From the NCBI GenBank assembly GCA_035437465.1, contig DAOMYF010000003.1, positions 391 to 64,390 on the forward strand: a stretch of DNA of 64,000 nt, written 5' to 3'. The notes beneath the pieces are model-generated. The model did not search any database, was not told the origin of the DNA, and worked only from the letters and a program-made list of their open reading frames with translations. The position numbers were made by a program, and so were the translations under genes. Below, piece by piece: positions 18,845-26,936 of this stretch. The stretch comes from Bryobacteraceae bacterium. Lineage in GTDB: Bacteria > Acidobacteriota > Terriglobia > Bryobacterales > Bryobacteraceae. How positions within the stretch are numbered: the stretch's first letter is position 1; every line of letters begins with the position of its first letter.

Positions 18845-19684
18845 ATGTTTCCACGATTTCTGATGATTGTCGCCTTGATGACGCCGGCCGCGCTTCTGGC
18901 TCAGCCTCCGGCTCCGCCCAGTGTCCCTTCGCCCCCGCCGCTGACGATCCTCAAGTCGACCGCCGCACACAGCGGCAGTTTTCTGGGTGTCGGCGTGAAG
19001 GAGATTGATGCCGGCCGCGCAAAGGCGCTCAAACTGCGCGAAGAACATGGCGTGGAGATCACGAACATCCAGAAGGAGAGCCCGGCCGAGAAGGCGGGTT
19101 TGCAGACCGGTGATGTGGTGCAGAAATACCAGGGCCAGCGGGTGGAGGGCATCGAGCAGTTCGTGCGCTTCGTCCGGGAGACCCCTGCCGGGCGGACGGT
19201 GAAGATGGAGGTCGTACGGGCGGGTGCGCCCGTCACGGTGACGGCGACGCTGGGCAAGCGCGAGAACCGGATTTCGATGGCGCCGATGCCGCCGATGCCC
19301 CCGGATGTGCGGGTGGTGATGCCGGACCTGCCAAAACCCATGATGAGCTGGAGTTCGGGCTACCTGGGGATTGAAGGGGAAGCGCTGGGAGCGACGCAGT
19401 TGTCCGGCTACTTCGGGGTGAAGGAGGGGGTGCTGGTCCGGAGCGTGATGGAAGAATCTTCCGCGGACAAGGCGGGAATTCAGGCGGGCGACGTGATCAC
19501 GAAGGTGAACGGGTCGGCGGTGACGACGCCCCGGGAGATCACCGCGGCGCTGCGAAGCGCCCGGACGGAAGACAAAGAGACGTTTCCGGTGACCCTGGTC
19601 CGGGAAAAGAAGGAAATGACGTTGAGTGTGACGCTGGAATCGGCGGCGCCGCCACGCCGGGGACGTCCGGTGTCGCAGGAATAG
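18845..19684 (+). CDS. Secreted protein with two PDZ domains
   Basis: Signal peptide, then two PDZ signatures: GVEITNIQKESPAEKAGLQTGDVV and GVLVRSVMEESSADKAGIQAGDVITKVNG. Confidence 0.8.
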   Translation: MFPRFLMIVALMTPAALLAQPPAPPSVPSPPPLTILKSTAAHSGSFLGVGVKEIDAGRAKALKLREEHGVEITNIQKESPAEKAGLQTGDVVQKYQGQRVEGIEQFVRFVRETPAGRTVKMEVVRAGAPVTVTATLGKRENRISMAPMPPMPPDVRVVMPDLPKPMMSWSSGYLGIEGEALGATQLSGYFGVKEGVLVRSVMEESSADKAGIQAGDVITKVNGSAVTTPREITAALRSARTEDKETFPVTLVREKKEMTLSVTLESAAPPRRGRPVSQE

Positions 19685-19710
19685 CCCTGGCTGTTGTGTA
19701 ATAGAAGGGT

Positions 19711-20163
19711 ATGTCTCAAGACACCCATATTGCGCTCACGCCCGAGCGTCAGGCCCTGCGTGACCGCCTGAAACTGAGAGTGGTGACGGTCGAAGAGAAC
19801 GGAATGCCGGTGGACCGGCTTCCGGAAGGCGTTTTTGGCTTCACCACGTCGCCTTCTTCGGATGAACTTCCGCTGTTCCACAAGCCGATCTACCAGTGCA
19901 CGGAGATCCACAAGCCGGCCGGCGGGACGGTGGCATTCATCGGCTATGTGACGAAGAAGGAGGCAGAGACGCTCGAGGCGGGCGCCGAACCGATGGCTCT
20001 CAACCTGTATCCGGAGCCGTACGAAGAGGCGACGGAACTGGTCAGCATCCCGGACAGCCGGGTGGACCGGCGCAGGCTGCCGACGCGGGACCACGGCAAC
20101 GCGATGAAGATGGATATTGCGCCGAAACCGGAGTTTCTGGGTTCGACCAGCACACAGAACTAG
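19711..20163 (+). CDS. Hypothetical protein
   Basis: 150-aa ORF lying 26 nt downstream of the PDZ gene on the same strand. Its amino-acid composition is normal, unlike the overlapping frames. No motif recognised. Confidence 0.5.
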   Translation: MSQDTHIALTPERQALRDRLKLRVVTVEENGMPVDRLPEGVFGFTTSPSSDELPLFHKPIYQCTEIHKPAGGTVAFIGYVTKKEAETLEAGAEPMALNLYPEPYEEATELVSIPDSRVDRRRLPTRDHGNAMKMDIAPKPEFLGSTSTQN

Positions 20164-20167
20164 CGAA

Positions 20168-20581
20168 TCAGAGCATTTCCGTGAGCAGGCGGGCGGCGCT
20201 GAGTGCGTTTTCTTCGGCCCGGGGCGAGAGACCCTCCCCCGGGCCGAAGTCTTCTCCCGGGATCCGGCAGAGCCAGGCTTCCCCACTGAAACCATAGAGT
20301 TTGCGGGTGAGGGAGAGCAGGTCGCAGGGGCGCAGACCGTGGCTGAGCAGTCCCGGGCAGCAGGAGGCCTTGAGGGGTTCCAGGCGGACTTCGCCGGGCA
20401 GGTAGTCGGCATCGATGAAGATGACCCGGCCGGCGGGGGCGACCTCTTCCGCCATCTCGGGCATCAGTTCGCGGTGGAATTCGAGGGTCCAGGGGCCGGG
20501 GGGCAGGAGCGAGGCGACACGCTGGGCGACGCCGTCGTCGCGGCGCTGGGGATTGCCGATGGCGTAAATCAGAGTCGTCAA
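20168..20581 (-). CDS. Hydrogenase maturation endopeptidase family protein (HybD/HyaD/HycI-like)
   Basis: AIGNPQRRDDGVA, IFIDADY, LLSHGLRPCDLL and a GLSP segment line up with the three metal-ligand motifs of HybD. The TTG start overlaps the ferredoxin stop codon (TTGA). Confidence 0.7.
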   Translation of the reverse strand: MTTLIYAIGNPQRRDDGVAQRVASLLPPGPWTLEFHRELMPEMAEEVAPAGRVIFIDADYLPGEVRLEPLKASCCPGLLSHGLRPCDLLSLTRKLYGFSGEAWLCRIPGEDFGPGEGLSPRAEENALSAARLLTEML

Positions 20582-20883
20582 GAGGCAATGCCGAGGCGCA
20601 ACAACTCGCCCCGCAGTCTTCGTTCACTGACCCAACGCAGAATCCGGCCGTCCTCAACCATGGCCGGAGCGGCCTGACAGTGGCCTATACACTTGCGCGT
20701 GGCGCTCACGCGGAGATCGTGGCCGGCGCACTTCTGGCGGCTCTGCAAGCGCAGCATTTCCAGCAGTTTCCGGGAGCCGGCGTGCTGGCAGGATTCCCCG
20801 TTGCAGACGACGAAAACGTGGCGGCCGGTCTGCTGGTGGTGCTGGCAGGCGACAGCGGGCTGGGACTTCTCTTGGTGAGCCAT
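20578..20883 (-). CDS. Thioredoxin-like [2Fe-2S] ferredoxin
   Basis: 101 aa with a Cys pattern C-x4-C ... C-x3-C (VCNGESC ... RKCIGHC), as in NuoE/Fdx4-type ferredoxins. The maximal ORF extends to 21018. Confidence 0.75.
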   Translation of the reverse strand: MAHQEKSQPAVACQHHQQTGRHVFVVCNGESCQHAGSRKLLEMLRLQSRQKCAGHDLRVSATRKCIGHCQAAPAMVEDGRILRWVSERRLRGELLRLGIAS

Positions 20884-20918
20884 AGAAGAATAGTGTGGTT
20901 CCGCCGGAAAATTCTCTT

Positions 20919-22079
20919 TCAATGTGAGCGGGCGGCGCGGGGTTCGTAGAGGCAGAAGGGTTCTTCGCCGCGCCAGTTGCCGGTGAGTCCGAAGGAACGG
21001 GCGCGGCAACCCATACAAACTTGTTTAAATTCGCAACAGCCGCACTTGCCTTCGAGGTTGTCGAGGTCGCGGAGGTCGGCGAAAAGTTGGGAGTTCTCCC
21101 AGACGTCGCGGAAGGACTGGCGGCCCAGGTTGCCGGCTTCCAGCGGAAGGTAGCCGCAGGGCTGGATGGAGCCTTTGTGGGAGATAAAACAGACGCCGGA
21201 GCCGGCAAGGCAACCGCGGGTCATCTGATTCATGTCCGTGGGGTGGCCGCCGGGGTGGCCGGGGGCGTGATTGGGGTGGCCGGTCATCAGGGGAGCGACT
21301 TCCTCGCCCTGGCGGCGGGCTTCGGCGCGGCGCTGGCGGACGATCCGGTAATACTGTGGGGCGCAGGTGGCCTTGAGTTCCATGCCGGAGTCGAGCGAAC
21401 GGTCGTAGAACCAGTCGAGAATCTGTTCAGCTTCGGCGGCGCCGACGCTCTGGTCCTCGGCGATGGTGAGTCCGCAGCCGACGGGGACGAGGAGGAAGAG
21501 GTGGAACGCATCCACTTTCAGTGATTTAGCGAGTTCGATCATCTCCGGAAGCTGGTGGGCGTTGTGCTTGGAGACGGTGGTGTTGATCTGGGTGGAAATG
21601 CCGAGTTCCTGGAGGCACTTGAGGCCGCGGATGGCGGAATCGAAGGCGCCGTCGTGGCCGCGGAAGGAGTCGTGGGTGGCGCGGTCGGCGCCATCGAGGG
21701 AGATGGAGACTCGAACGATGCCCGATTCATGGATCCGGTGGGCCATGGCTTCGTCGATGAGGGTGCCGTTGGTGGCGAGGGCGACGCGGAGGCCTTTGGA
21801 GACAGCATGGGCGGCGATTTCGAAGACATCGCGGCGCCAGAGGGGTTCGCCACCGGAGAGGACGAGGATGAGTGGGGCATATTCCGCAATTTCGTCAACG
21901 ATGCGGAGACACTCGGAGGTGGGGAGGTCGTCGGGGCTCATCAACTCCGTGGCGCTGGCGCGGCAGTGAACACAGCGGAGATTGCAGCCTGTCGTGAGTT
22001 CCCAGAAGACCAGGCGGGGCCGGGCGGCGCCCTTCAGGGGTGCCGGTTGCAGGGTGTGATGGGGGGCGGGCCGGGTCAT
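20919..22079 (-). CDS. Radical SAM / SPASM domain protein, NirJ/AhbD-like
   Basis: WELTTGCNLRCVHCRA (CxxxCxxC), LSGGEPL, and a C-terminal SPASM region with a Cys cluster GKCGCCEFKQVCMGCRARSF. Confidence 0.9.
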   Translation of the reverse strand: MTRPAPHHTLQPAPLKGAARPRLVFWELTTGCNLRCVHCRASATELMSPDDLPTSECLRIVDEIAEYAPLILVLSGGEPLWRRDVFEIAAHAVSKGLRVALATNGTLIDEAMAHRIHESGIVRVSISLDGADRATHDSFRGHDGAFDSAIRGLKCLQELGISTQINTTVSKHNAHQLPEMIELAKSLKVDAFHLFLLVPVGCGLTIAEDQSVGAAEAEQILDWFYDRSLDSGMELKATCAPQYYRIVRQRRAEARRQGEEVAPLMTGHPNHAPGHPGGHPTDMNQMTRGCLAGSGVCFISHKGSIQPCGYLPLEAGNLGRQSFRDVWENSQLFADLRDLDNLEGKCGCCEFKQVCMGCRARSFGLTGNWRGEEPFCLYEPRAARSH

Positions 22080-22210
22080 ACAGAAAGGTAAGCAATTGGA
22101 GGGCCAGAAGGAAAGTCGTTTGGTATGAACAGTTCATCCATTCCGTCCGGGTGAGTTGGGTCAAATCACGCAGTCCGTTGGAGGAGCCGTGCGCGGGCGG
22201 GTGGGAACTT

Positions 22211-23539
22211 GTGTATGCTTTGCAGGTGAGCTGGCGTAACCGGTTGGAACAATATTTCGAGTTTGCGGAGCTGGGGACGAACTGGCAGACGGAGATCCTG
22301 GGCGGGGTGACGACGTTCGTCACGATGGCCTACATCATCTTCGTCAACCCGGCGATTCTGGCCGAGGCGGGGATGCCGGCGGCGGCGGTGACGGCGGCGA
22401 CGTGCCTGTCGGCGGCGCTGGGGTGTCTCTTGATCGGGATCTGGGCGAAGTATCCGATCGCGCAGGCGCCGGGGATGGGTTTGAATGCGTATTTCACGTA
22501 CGCGGTGTGTCTGGGGATGGGCGTGCCGTGGCAGACGGCGCTGGGGGCGGTGTTCCTGTCGGGGATCGCGTTTCTGCTGCTGACGGCCTGCGGACTGCGA
22601 AAACTGATCATTGAAGCGATTCCACAAGCGTTATATGCCGCTGTAGCGACGGGAATCGGGCTGTTTCTCGCGTTTATCGGGCTGCGGAACGCCGGGATCG
22701 TGGCTTCTTCGCCGGCGACGGCGGTCACTTTGGGGGATCTGCGGGCGCCGGGGACGGTGCTGGCACTGTTCGGGTTGCTGCTGATGGCGGCGCTGCTGGC
22801 GCGAAACGTGAAGGCGGCAATTCTGGCGGGGATCGCGGTGACGACCGTTGCCGGGGCGGCGGCGGGGTTGATCGAGTGGAAACCGGCGCCCTACTCGGTG
22901 GAGGCGATCACGGGGACGTTCGGGCAACTGGACATCGCGGGGGCACTGAGGCTGGGTCTGCTGGAGATTGTCTTCGTCTTCCTGTTCGTGGATCTGTTCG
23001 ACAACATCGGGACACTGGTGGCAGTGGGGAAACGGGCAGGGTTGGTGGACCGGGAGGGGCGGATTCCGAGGTTGAACCGAATTCTGACAGCGGACGCGGT
23101 GGCGACGACGGCCGGGGCGGTGGCGGGGACGTCGACGGTGGTGAATTATGTGGAGAGCGCGGCGGGGGTGGCGGCCGGGGGGCGCAGTGGGGTGACGGCG
23201 ATCGTCACGGGGTTGCTGTTTCTGGGGGCTTTGTTCGTGGCACCGGCTTTGGGGGTGATTCCGGCGGCGGCGACCGCGCCCGCGCTGATCATCGTGGGGG
23301 CGTTGATGCTGGGGCACGCGGGGGAGATCCGGTGGGATGAACCCCTGGAGGCGGTGCCGGCGTTTCTGACGCTGATCACGATTCCGTTGACGTTTTCGAT
23401 CGCGAACGGGATCGCTTTCGGGTTCATTTCGTGGACGCTGCTGCAGGTGTCGGCGGGGCGATGGCGGCAGGTGCATCCGCTGGTCTATGTGCTGACGGTG
23501 TTGCTCATCGCGCGATTCGCTTATCTGGGCGGGGAATGA
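22211..23539 (+). CDS. NCS2 family purine permease (AzgA-like adenine/guanine/hypoxanthine permease)
   Basis: LEQYFEFAELGTNWQTEILGGVTTFVTMAYIIFVNP and a multi-TM body. The start is uncertain (GTG 22211 or 22226). The maximal ORF from 22040 overlaps the radical SAM gene. Confidence 0.9.
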   Translation: MYALQVSWRNRLEQYFEFAELGTNWQTEILGGVTTFVTMAYIIFVNPAILAEAGMPAAAVTAATCLSAALGCLLIGIWAKYPIAQAPGMGLNAYFTYAVCLGMGVPWQTALGAVFLSGIAFLLLTACGLRKLIIEAIPQALYAAVATGIGLFLAFIGLRNAGIVASSPATAVTLGDLRAPGTVLALFGLLLMAALLARNVKAAILAGIAVTTVAGAAAGLIEWKPAPYSVEAITGTFGQLDIAGALRLGLLEIVFVFLFVDLFDNIGTLVAVGKRAGLVDREGRIPRLNRILTADAVATTAGAVAGTSTVVNYVESAAGVAAGGRSGVTAIVTGLLFLGALFVAPALGVIPAAATAPALIIVGALMLGHAGEIRWDEPLEAVPAFLTLITIPLTFSIANGIAFGFISWTLLQVSAGRWRQVHPLVYVLTVLLIARFAYLGGE

Positions 23540-23543
23540 CAGA

Positions 23544-23581
23544 AAAGGCCGTTCCGATCGACCTGGATCGGAACGGCCTTT
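23544..23581. terminator. Bidirectional rho-independent terminator between convergent genes
   Basis: Perfect 16-bp stem, AAAGGCCGTTCCGATC / GATCGGAACGGCCTTT, with a 6-nt loop. Flanked by an A-run upstream and TTTGTGT downstream. Confidence 0.7.
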
Positions 23582-23609
23582 GTGTCAGAGACTGTACCTG
23601 GAGGGGGTG

Positions 23610-23951
23610 TTACCAGCGCGGTTCGCGGCGGTTGAATCCGCCACCACCGCCACCGCCGCCACGGCCGCCGCGGCCGCCACCGCCACCACCGAAACCGCCG
23701 CGTTCTTCACGCGGGCGCGCTTCGTTGATGTTGAGGCGCCGGTCGCCCAGTTCCGAGCCGTTCAGGGCGTTGATGGCCCGGTCGGCTTCATCGTCGTTCG
23801 GCATCTCCACGAAGGCGAATCCTCTCGACCTGCCCGTGTCGCGGTCAGTGATGATACTGACGCGATCCACTGTTCCATAAGCTTCAAAATGGCTTCTGAC
23901 CACGTCTTCAGTGGTGCTGAAGCTGAGATTTCCAACGAATATGTTCTTCAA
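23610..23951 (-). CDS. RRM-type RNA-binding protein with Gly/Arg-rich tail
   Basis: RNP motifs [10 protein letters not shown] and RGFAFVEM, with a C-terminal [22 protein letters not shown] tail. TTG start at 23951 is preceded by AAGGAG 7 nt upstream. Confidence 0.9.
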   Translation of the reverse strand: MKNIFVGNLSFSTTEDVVRSHFEAYGTVDRVSIITDRDTGRSRGFAFVEMPNDDEADRAINALNGSELGDRRLNINEARPREERGGFGGGGGGRGGRGGGGGGGGFNRREPRW

Positions 23952-24146
23952 ACGGACACTCCTTCGTATTTGAGGACCAGCCAGACGGGTGGGGTTGCCG
24001 ACAGGGGGAATGCACACCGGAGGGTCAAACTCTCAATCCAATCCATGCAGAGCGATCAAATACAGGGGCAGAATATCAGACCCGGCGGCGAATTGCCAGT
24101 GTTTTCTTTCTTGCGGGAGGCGAAAAAGTGCGGTCGCGCCCGAAGT

Positions 24147-25778
24147 TCAGAGGCGGCGGACGAGCAGGTAGTGGGCGCCCCAGACTTCGCCCGCGGATTC
24201 CAGGCGGCCAACCGCCCGGCCGGGGCCCGAGGGTAATGCAAGTGGGGGCAGTTTGATTGAGGTGGCGCCGGCTTTCGCCTCGTGTTCGATCCGGGCATTG
24301 CCCAATGTGAAGACGGCTTTAGCAGCGGTCTCCAATTTCGGAAAACGTAATTCGACTTCGTAATTTCCGGGTTGTTTCACTTCCACCTCGTAATGGCCGA
24401 GTGATTTCGCGGTCCACTGGGCGTCGGGACCGCGCCAATCCTGACGGGTGAGCAGGACAGGGTTTTCGAGTTCGGAACCGAGCCAGATGGGGGGCGGGGC
24501 ATAGCCGGCGGAACCGACGTCCTTGAACCACGCTTCATAGCCCGCGCGGAGAGCGCGAACCTGATCGGGCCGGAAGCGGGCGATGTCGGTGCGCTCGAAA
24601 GGGTCGATGTCGAGATTGTAGAGTTCTTCTCCGTTAACGAGTTTCCACTTGCCCACGCGATAGGCGGAGTTGCGGAAGGGTTCGGGTTCATCGCCGCGGT
24701 GCCACTGGAGGCAGAGGGGGCGGTCTGGGGGCGCGGCCTGGCCCTGGATGGCGGGCCAGAGCGAGAGTCCGTCGATCTTCGGAGACTTCGGGGCGGGGAT
24801 GCCGGCCATGTCGAGGAGGGTGGGCATCAGGTCGATGTGGGCGGCGGGAGCATCCACAGTGGAACCGGGCCGAACTTGGCCGGGCCACTGGAGGAAGCAG
24901 GGGACCTGAATGCCGCCCTGGTAGGGCGTGCCTTTGAGGCCGCGGAGGCCGGCGTTGAAGCGGCCGGGTTGTTGGGGGCCGTTGTCGGTCAGGAAGACGA
25001 CGATGGTGTTCCGGTCGAGACCGGTGCGGCGGAGGTGTCCGAGGAGACGGCCGAGGCCATGGTCCACGTTGGCGACCATGCCGTAGATTTTCTCGGTGGT
25101 GTCGTCGAGGCCGCGGCCGCGAAAGGGGGCGACCCACTCGTCGGCGATCTGGAGGGGGGTGTGAGGGGAGTTGGTGGAGACGTAGGCGAAGAAGGGTTCG
25201 GCGCGGTGGCGGTCGATGAAGGCGAGGGTTTCGTCGAAGAAGATATCGGTGCAGTAGCCTCGGGCGGTGTACGGGAGATTATTGCGTTCGAGGGGCGGGT
25301 CGAAGTAGCCGGTGCCCGGGGGCGAGGAGGGTTGGGCGAGGCCGCCGCCGCGGTGGAGGACGCTCGTCTCGAAGCCCTGTTCGGTGGCGCGGAGCGGGGC
25401 ATTGTCGCCGAGGTGCCATTTGCCGAAGATGCCGGTGCGATAGCCGGCGGCGCGGAGGGTTTCGGCGAGGGTGACTTCGGAGGGGCGCATCATGGCGCGG
25501 CCGAGGTAGGTGTCGGTGACGCCGGTGCGGTAATTCCACCGGCCGGTCATGAGGCTGGCGCGGGTGGGGGCGCAGACTGGCGAGACGTGGAACTGGGTGA
25601 AACGGACACCCTGGCGGGCGATGGAGTCGATGTTGGGGGTTTCGAGGACGGGGTTGCCGTGGAGGCCGACGTCGCCATAGCCCTGGTCATCGGTCATGAC
25701 GAGGACGATATTGGGGCGGCGCGCGGGGGCTTGCATGAGCAGGGGCGCGGCCATGATCTCGCGGCGCGTGAGTTCCAT
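24147..25778 (-). CDS. Exported Cys-type sulfatase (arylsulfatase family) with extra C-terminal domain
   Basis: Tat-like N-terminus MELTRREIMAAPLL, followed by NIVLVMTDDQGYGD and the formylglycine motif CAPTRASLMTGR. The maximal ORF extends to 26084. Confidence 0.9.
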   Translation of the reverse strand: MELTRREIMAAPLLMQAPARRPNIVLVMTDDQGYGDVGLHGNPVLETPNIDSIARQGVRFTQFHVSPVCAPTRASLMTGRWNYRTGVTDTYLGRAMMRPSEVTLAETLRAAGYRTGIFGKWHLGDNAPLRATEQGFETSVLHRGGGLAQPSSPPGTGYFDPPLERNNLPYTARGYCTDIFFDETLAFIDRHRAEPFFAYVSTNSPHTPLQIADEWVAPFRGRGLDDTTEKIYGMVANVDHGLGRLLGHLRRTGLDRNTIVVFLTDNGPQQPGRFNAGLRGLKGTPYQGGIQVPCFLQWPGQVRPGSTVDAPAAHIDLMPTLLDMAGIPAPKSPKIDGLSLWPAIQGQAAPPDRPLCLQWHRGDEPEPFRNSAYRVGKWKLVNGEELYNLDIDPFERTDIARFRPDQVRALRAGYEAWFKDVGSAGYAPPPIWLGSELENPVLLTRQDWRGPDAQWTAKSLGHYEVEVKQPGNYEVELRFPKLETAAKAVFTLGNARIEHEAKAGATSIKLPPLALPSGPGRAVGRLESAGEVWGAHYLLVRRL

Positions 25779-25800
25779 TGCCGGATACAATATCACCACC

Positions 25801-26817
25801 ATGCGATGCCTTGCCGCTTTTTCGCTTCTTCTGCCCGCCGTTCTGGCGGCCCAGACGTTTTCGGCCCCGCCGCGCGCGTATCCCACGCTCGGAAAGATCG
25901 TCCGGGAGGATCCGCGCCTGGACGCGATTCTGGACGTTTCGGCGCCGCTGGAAGTGCTGGCGACGGGGTTTGAATGGTCCGAAGGCCCGGCGTGGGACCG
26001 CAGGGGCGGGTTCGTCATCTTTTCGGACATTCCGCGCAATTCGGTGATCAAGTGGACCCACGAGCGCGGGGCGGAGTTGTACATGAAGCCGAGCGGCTAC
26101 ACGGGCGTGGCGGATTACGGGCGGGAACCGGGGTCGAACGGCCTGGCGTTTGACGCGCAAGGGCGGCTATATCTGGCCGAGCACGGCGACCGGCGGATCA
26201 GCCGGATGGACCCGGACGGCGGCAAAGTGACGCTGGCGGCGCACTATCAGGGCAAGCGGTTCAATTCGCCGAACGATCTGGCGTTGAAGTCGAATGGGGA
26301 TGTCTATTTCACCGATCCGCCGTACGGGTTGCCGAAGGGTGCGGACGACCCGCGGCGGGAGTTGGATTTCTGCGGGGTGTTCCGGTGGTCGGCGGCGACG
26401 GGCGAGGTGACGCTGCTGGCGAAGGATCTGGAACGGCCGAACGGGATCGCGTTTTCGCCGGACGAGAAGACATTGTACGTCGCGCAATCAGCCAAAAGGG
26501 CGATCTGGAACGCGTATCCGGTGCAGGCGGACGGGACGCTGGGTGCGCCGAAGGTGTTCGCGGACGTCAGCGCCGAGATGGGCCGGGAGAACCCGGGCGC
26601 GCCGGATGGAATGAAGGTGGACCGGGCCGGGAATGTGTGGGCGACGGGTCCGGGCGGGGTGCACATATTTGCGCCGGACGGGAAGAGGCTGGGGCGGATT
26701 CTGACCGGACATTCGACGGCGAACGTGGCGTTCGGAGGGGCGGACGGAACGGTGCTGTATCTGACCGTGGATATGTATCTGTGCCGGGTGCAGACGAAGG
26801 TGCGGGGTTGGGAGTGA
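25801..26817 (+). CDS. Secreted SMP-30/gluconolactonase/LRE family protein
   Basis: Signal peptide MRCLAAFSLLLPAVLAAQ. Contains FSDIPRN, SNGLAFD, and FNSPNDLALKSNGDVYFTDPPYG. Confidence 0.9.
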   Translation: MRCLAAFSLLLPAVLAAQTFSAPPRAYPTLGKIVREDPRLDAILDVSAPLEVLATGFEWSEGPAWDRRGGFVIFSDIPRNSVIKWTHERGAELYMKPSGYTGVADYGREPGSNGLAFDAQGRLYLAEHGDRRISRMDPDGGKVTLAAHYQGKRFNSPNDLALKSNGDVYFTDPPYGLPKGADDPRRELDFCGVFRWSAATGEVTLLAKDLERPNGIAFSPDEKTLYVAQSAKRAIWNAYPVQADGTLGAPKVFADVSAEMGRENPGAPDGMKVDRAGNVWATGPGGVHIFAPDGKRLGRILTGHSTANVAFGGADGTVLYLTVDMYLCRVQTKVRGWE

Positions 26818-26875
26818 GGGGGGGACGTCAAAACTCTTCGTCGTTTCGACACGCCAACTGAAGGCCGAATGTCGA

Positions 26876-26936
26876 GGCACCGGAGATGGACTCGAACCAC
26901 CCAAGTCCCTCTTAACCCCAGGGAGTTTATGGTGCC
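26876..26936 (-). other. tRNA-like three-way-junction element (T-arm plus anticodon-like hairpin, no D arm); possible tRNA remnant or structured RNA
   Basis: Read on the minus strand: GGCACC-ATAAAC-TCCCT(GGGGTTAAG)AGGGA-CTTG-GGTGG(TTCGAGT)CCATC-TCC-GGTGCC. The T-loop GGTTCGAGTCC is canonical and a 6-bp helix closes the element. It is 61 nt long and lacks a D arm and U33. Confidence 0.35.

Noticed and set aside
20168-20581. Interpreting the HybD-like gene as evidence for a hydrogenase locus in this window
   Set aside because: No ORF in the 64 kb shows [NiFe] large-subunit motifs (RxCGxC ... DPCxxC), small-subunit motifs or Hyp accessory motifs. The protease is therefore treated as an orphan (see findings).
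20919-22079. Radical SAM-SPASM protein as the anaerobic sulfatase-maturating enzyme (anSME) for the two Cys-type sulfatases in the window
   Set aside because: The region around the radical SAM cluster (WELTTGCNLRCVHCRA, LSGGEPL) and the C-terminal CGCCEFxxVCMGCRAR look NirJ/AhbD/PqqE-like rather than AtsB/anSME-like. The gene is operonic with a ferredoxin and a HybD-like protease, not with a sulfatase. This cannot be fully excluded without phylogeny.
23431-23880. Plus-strand ORF encoding a poly-proline run ([21 protein letters not shown])
   Set aside because: It is the antisense reading of the GGN-repeat Gly/Arg tail of the RRM protein gene. It also runs across the bidirectional terminator.
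26876-26936. Calling this element a tRNA gene (Asn-GTT or Pro-GGG)
   Set aside because: It is only 61 nt long and has no D arm. The 5' acceptor strand does not match the 3' strand in canonical register. Position 33 would be G, and the anticodon stem has a 9-nt loop or a G-G mismatch. It is therefore reported only as tRNA-like.
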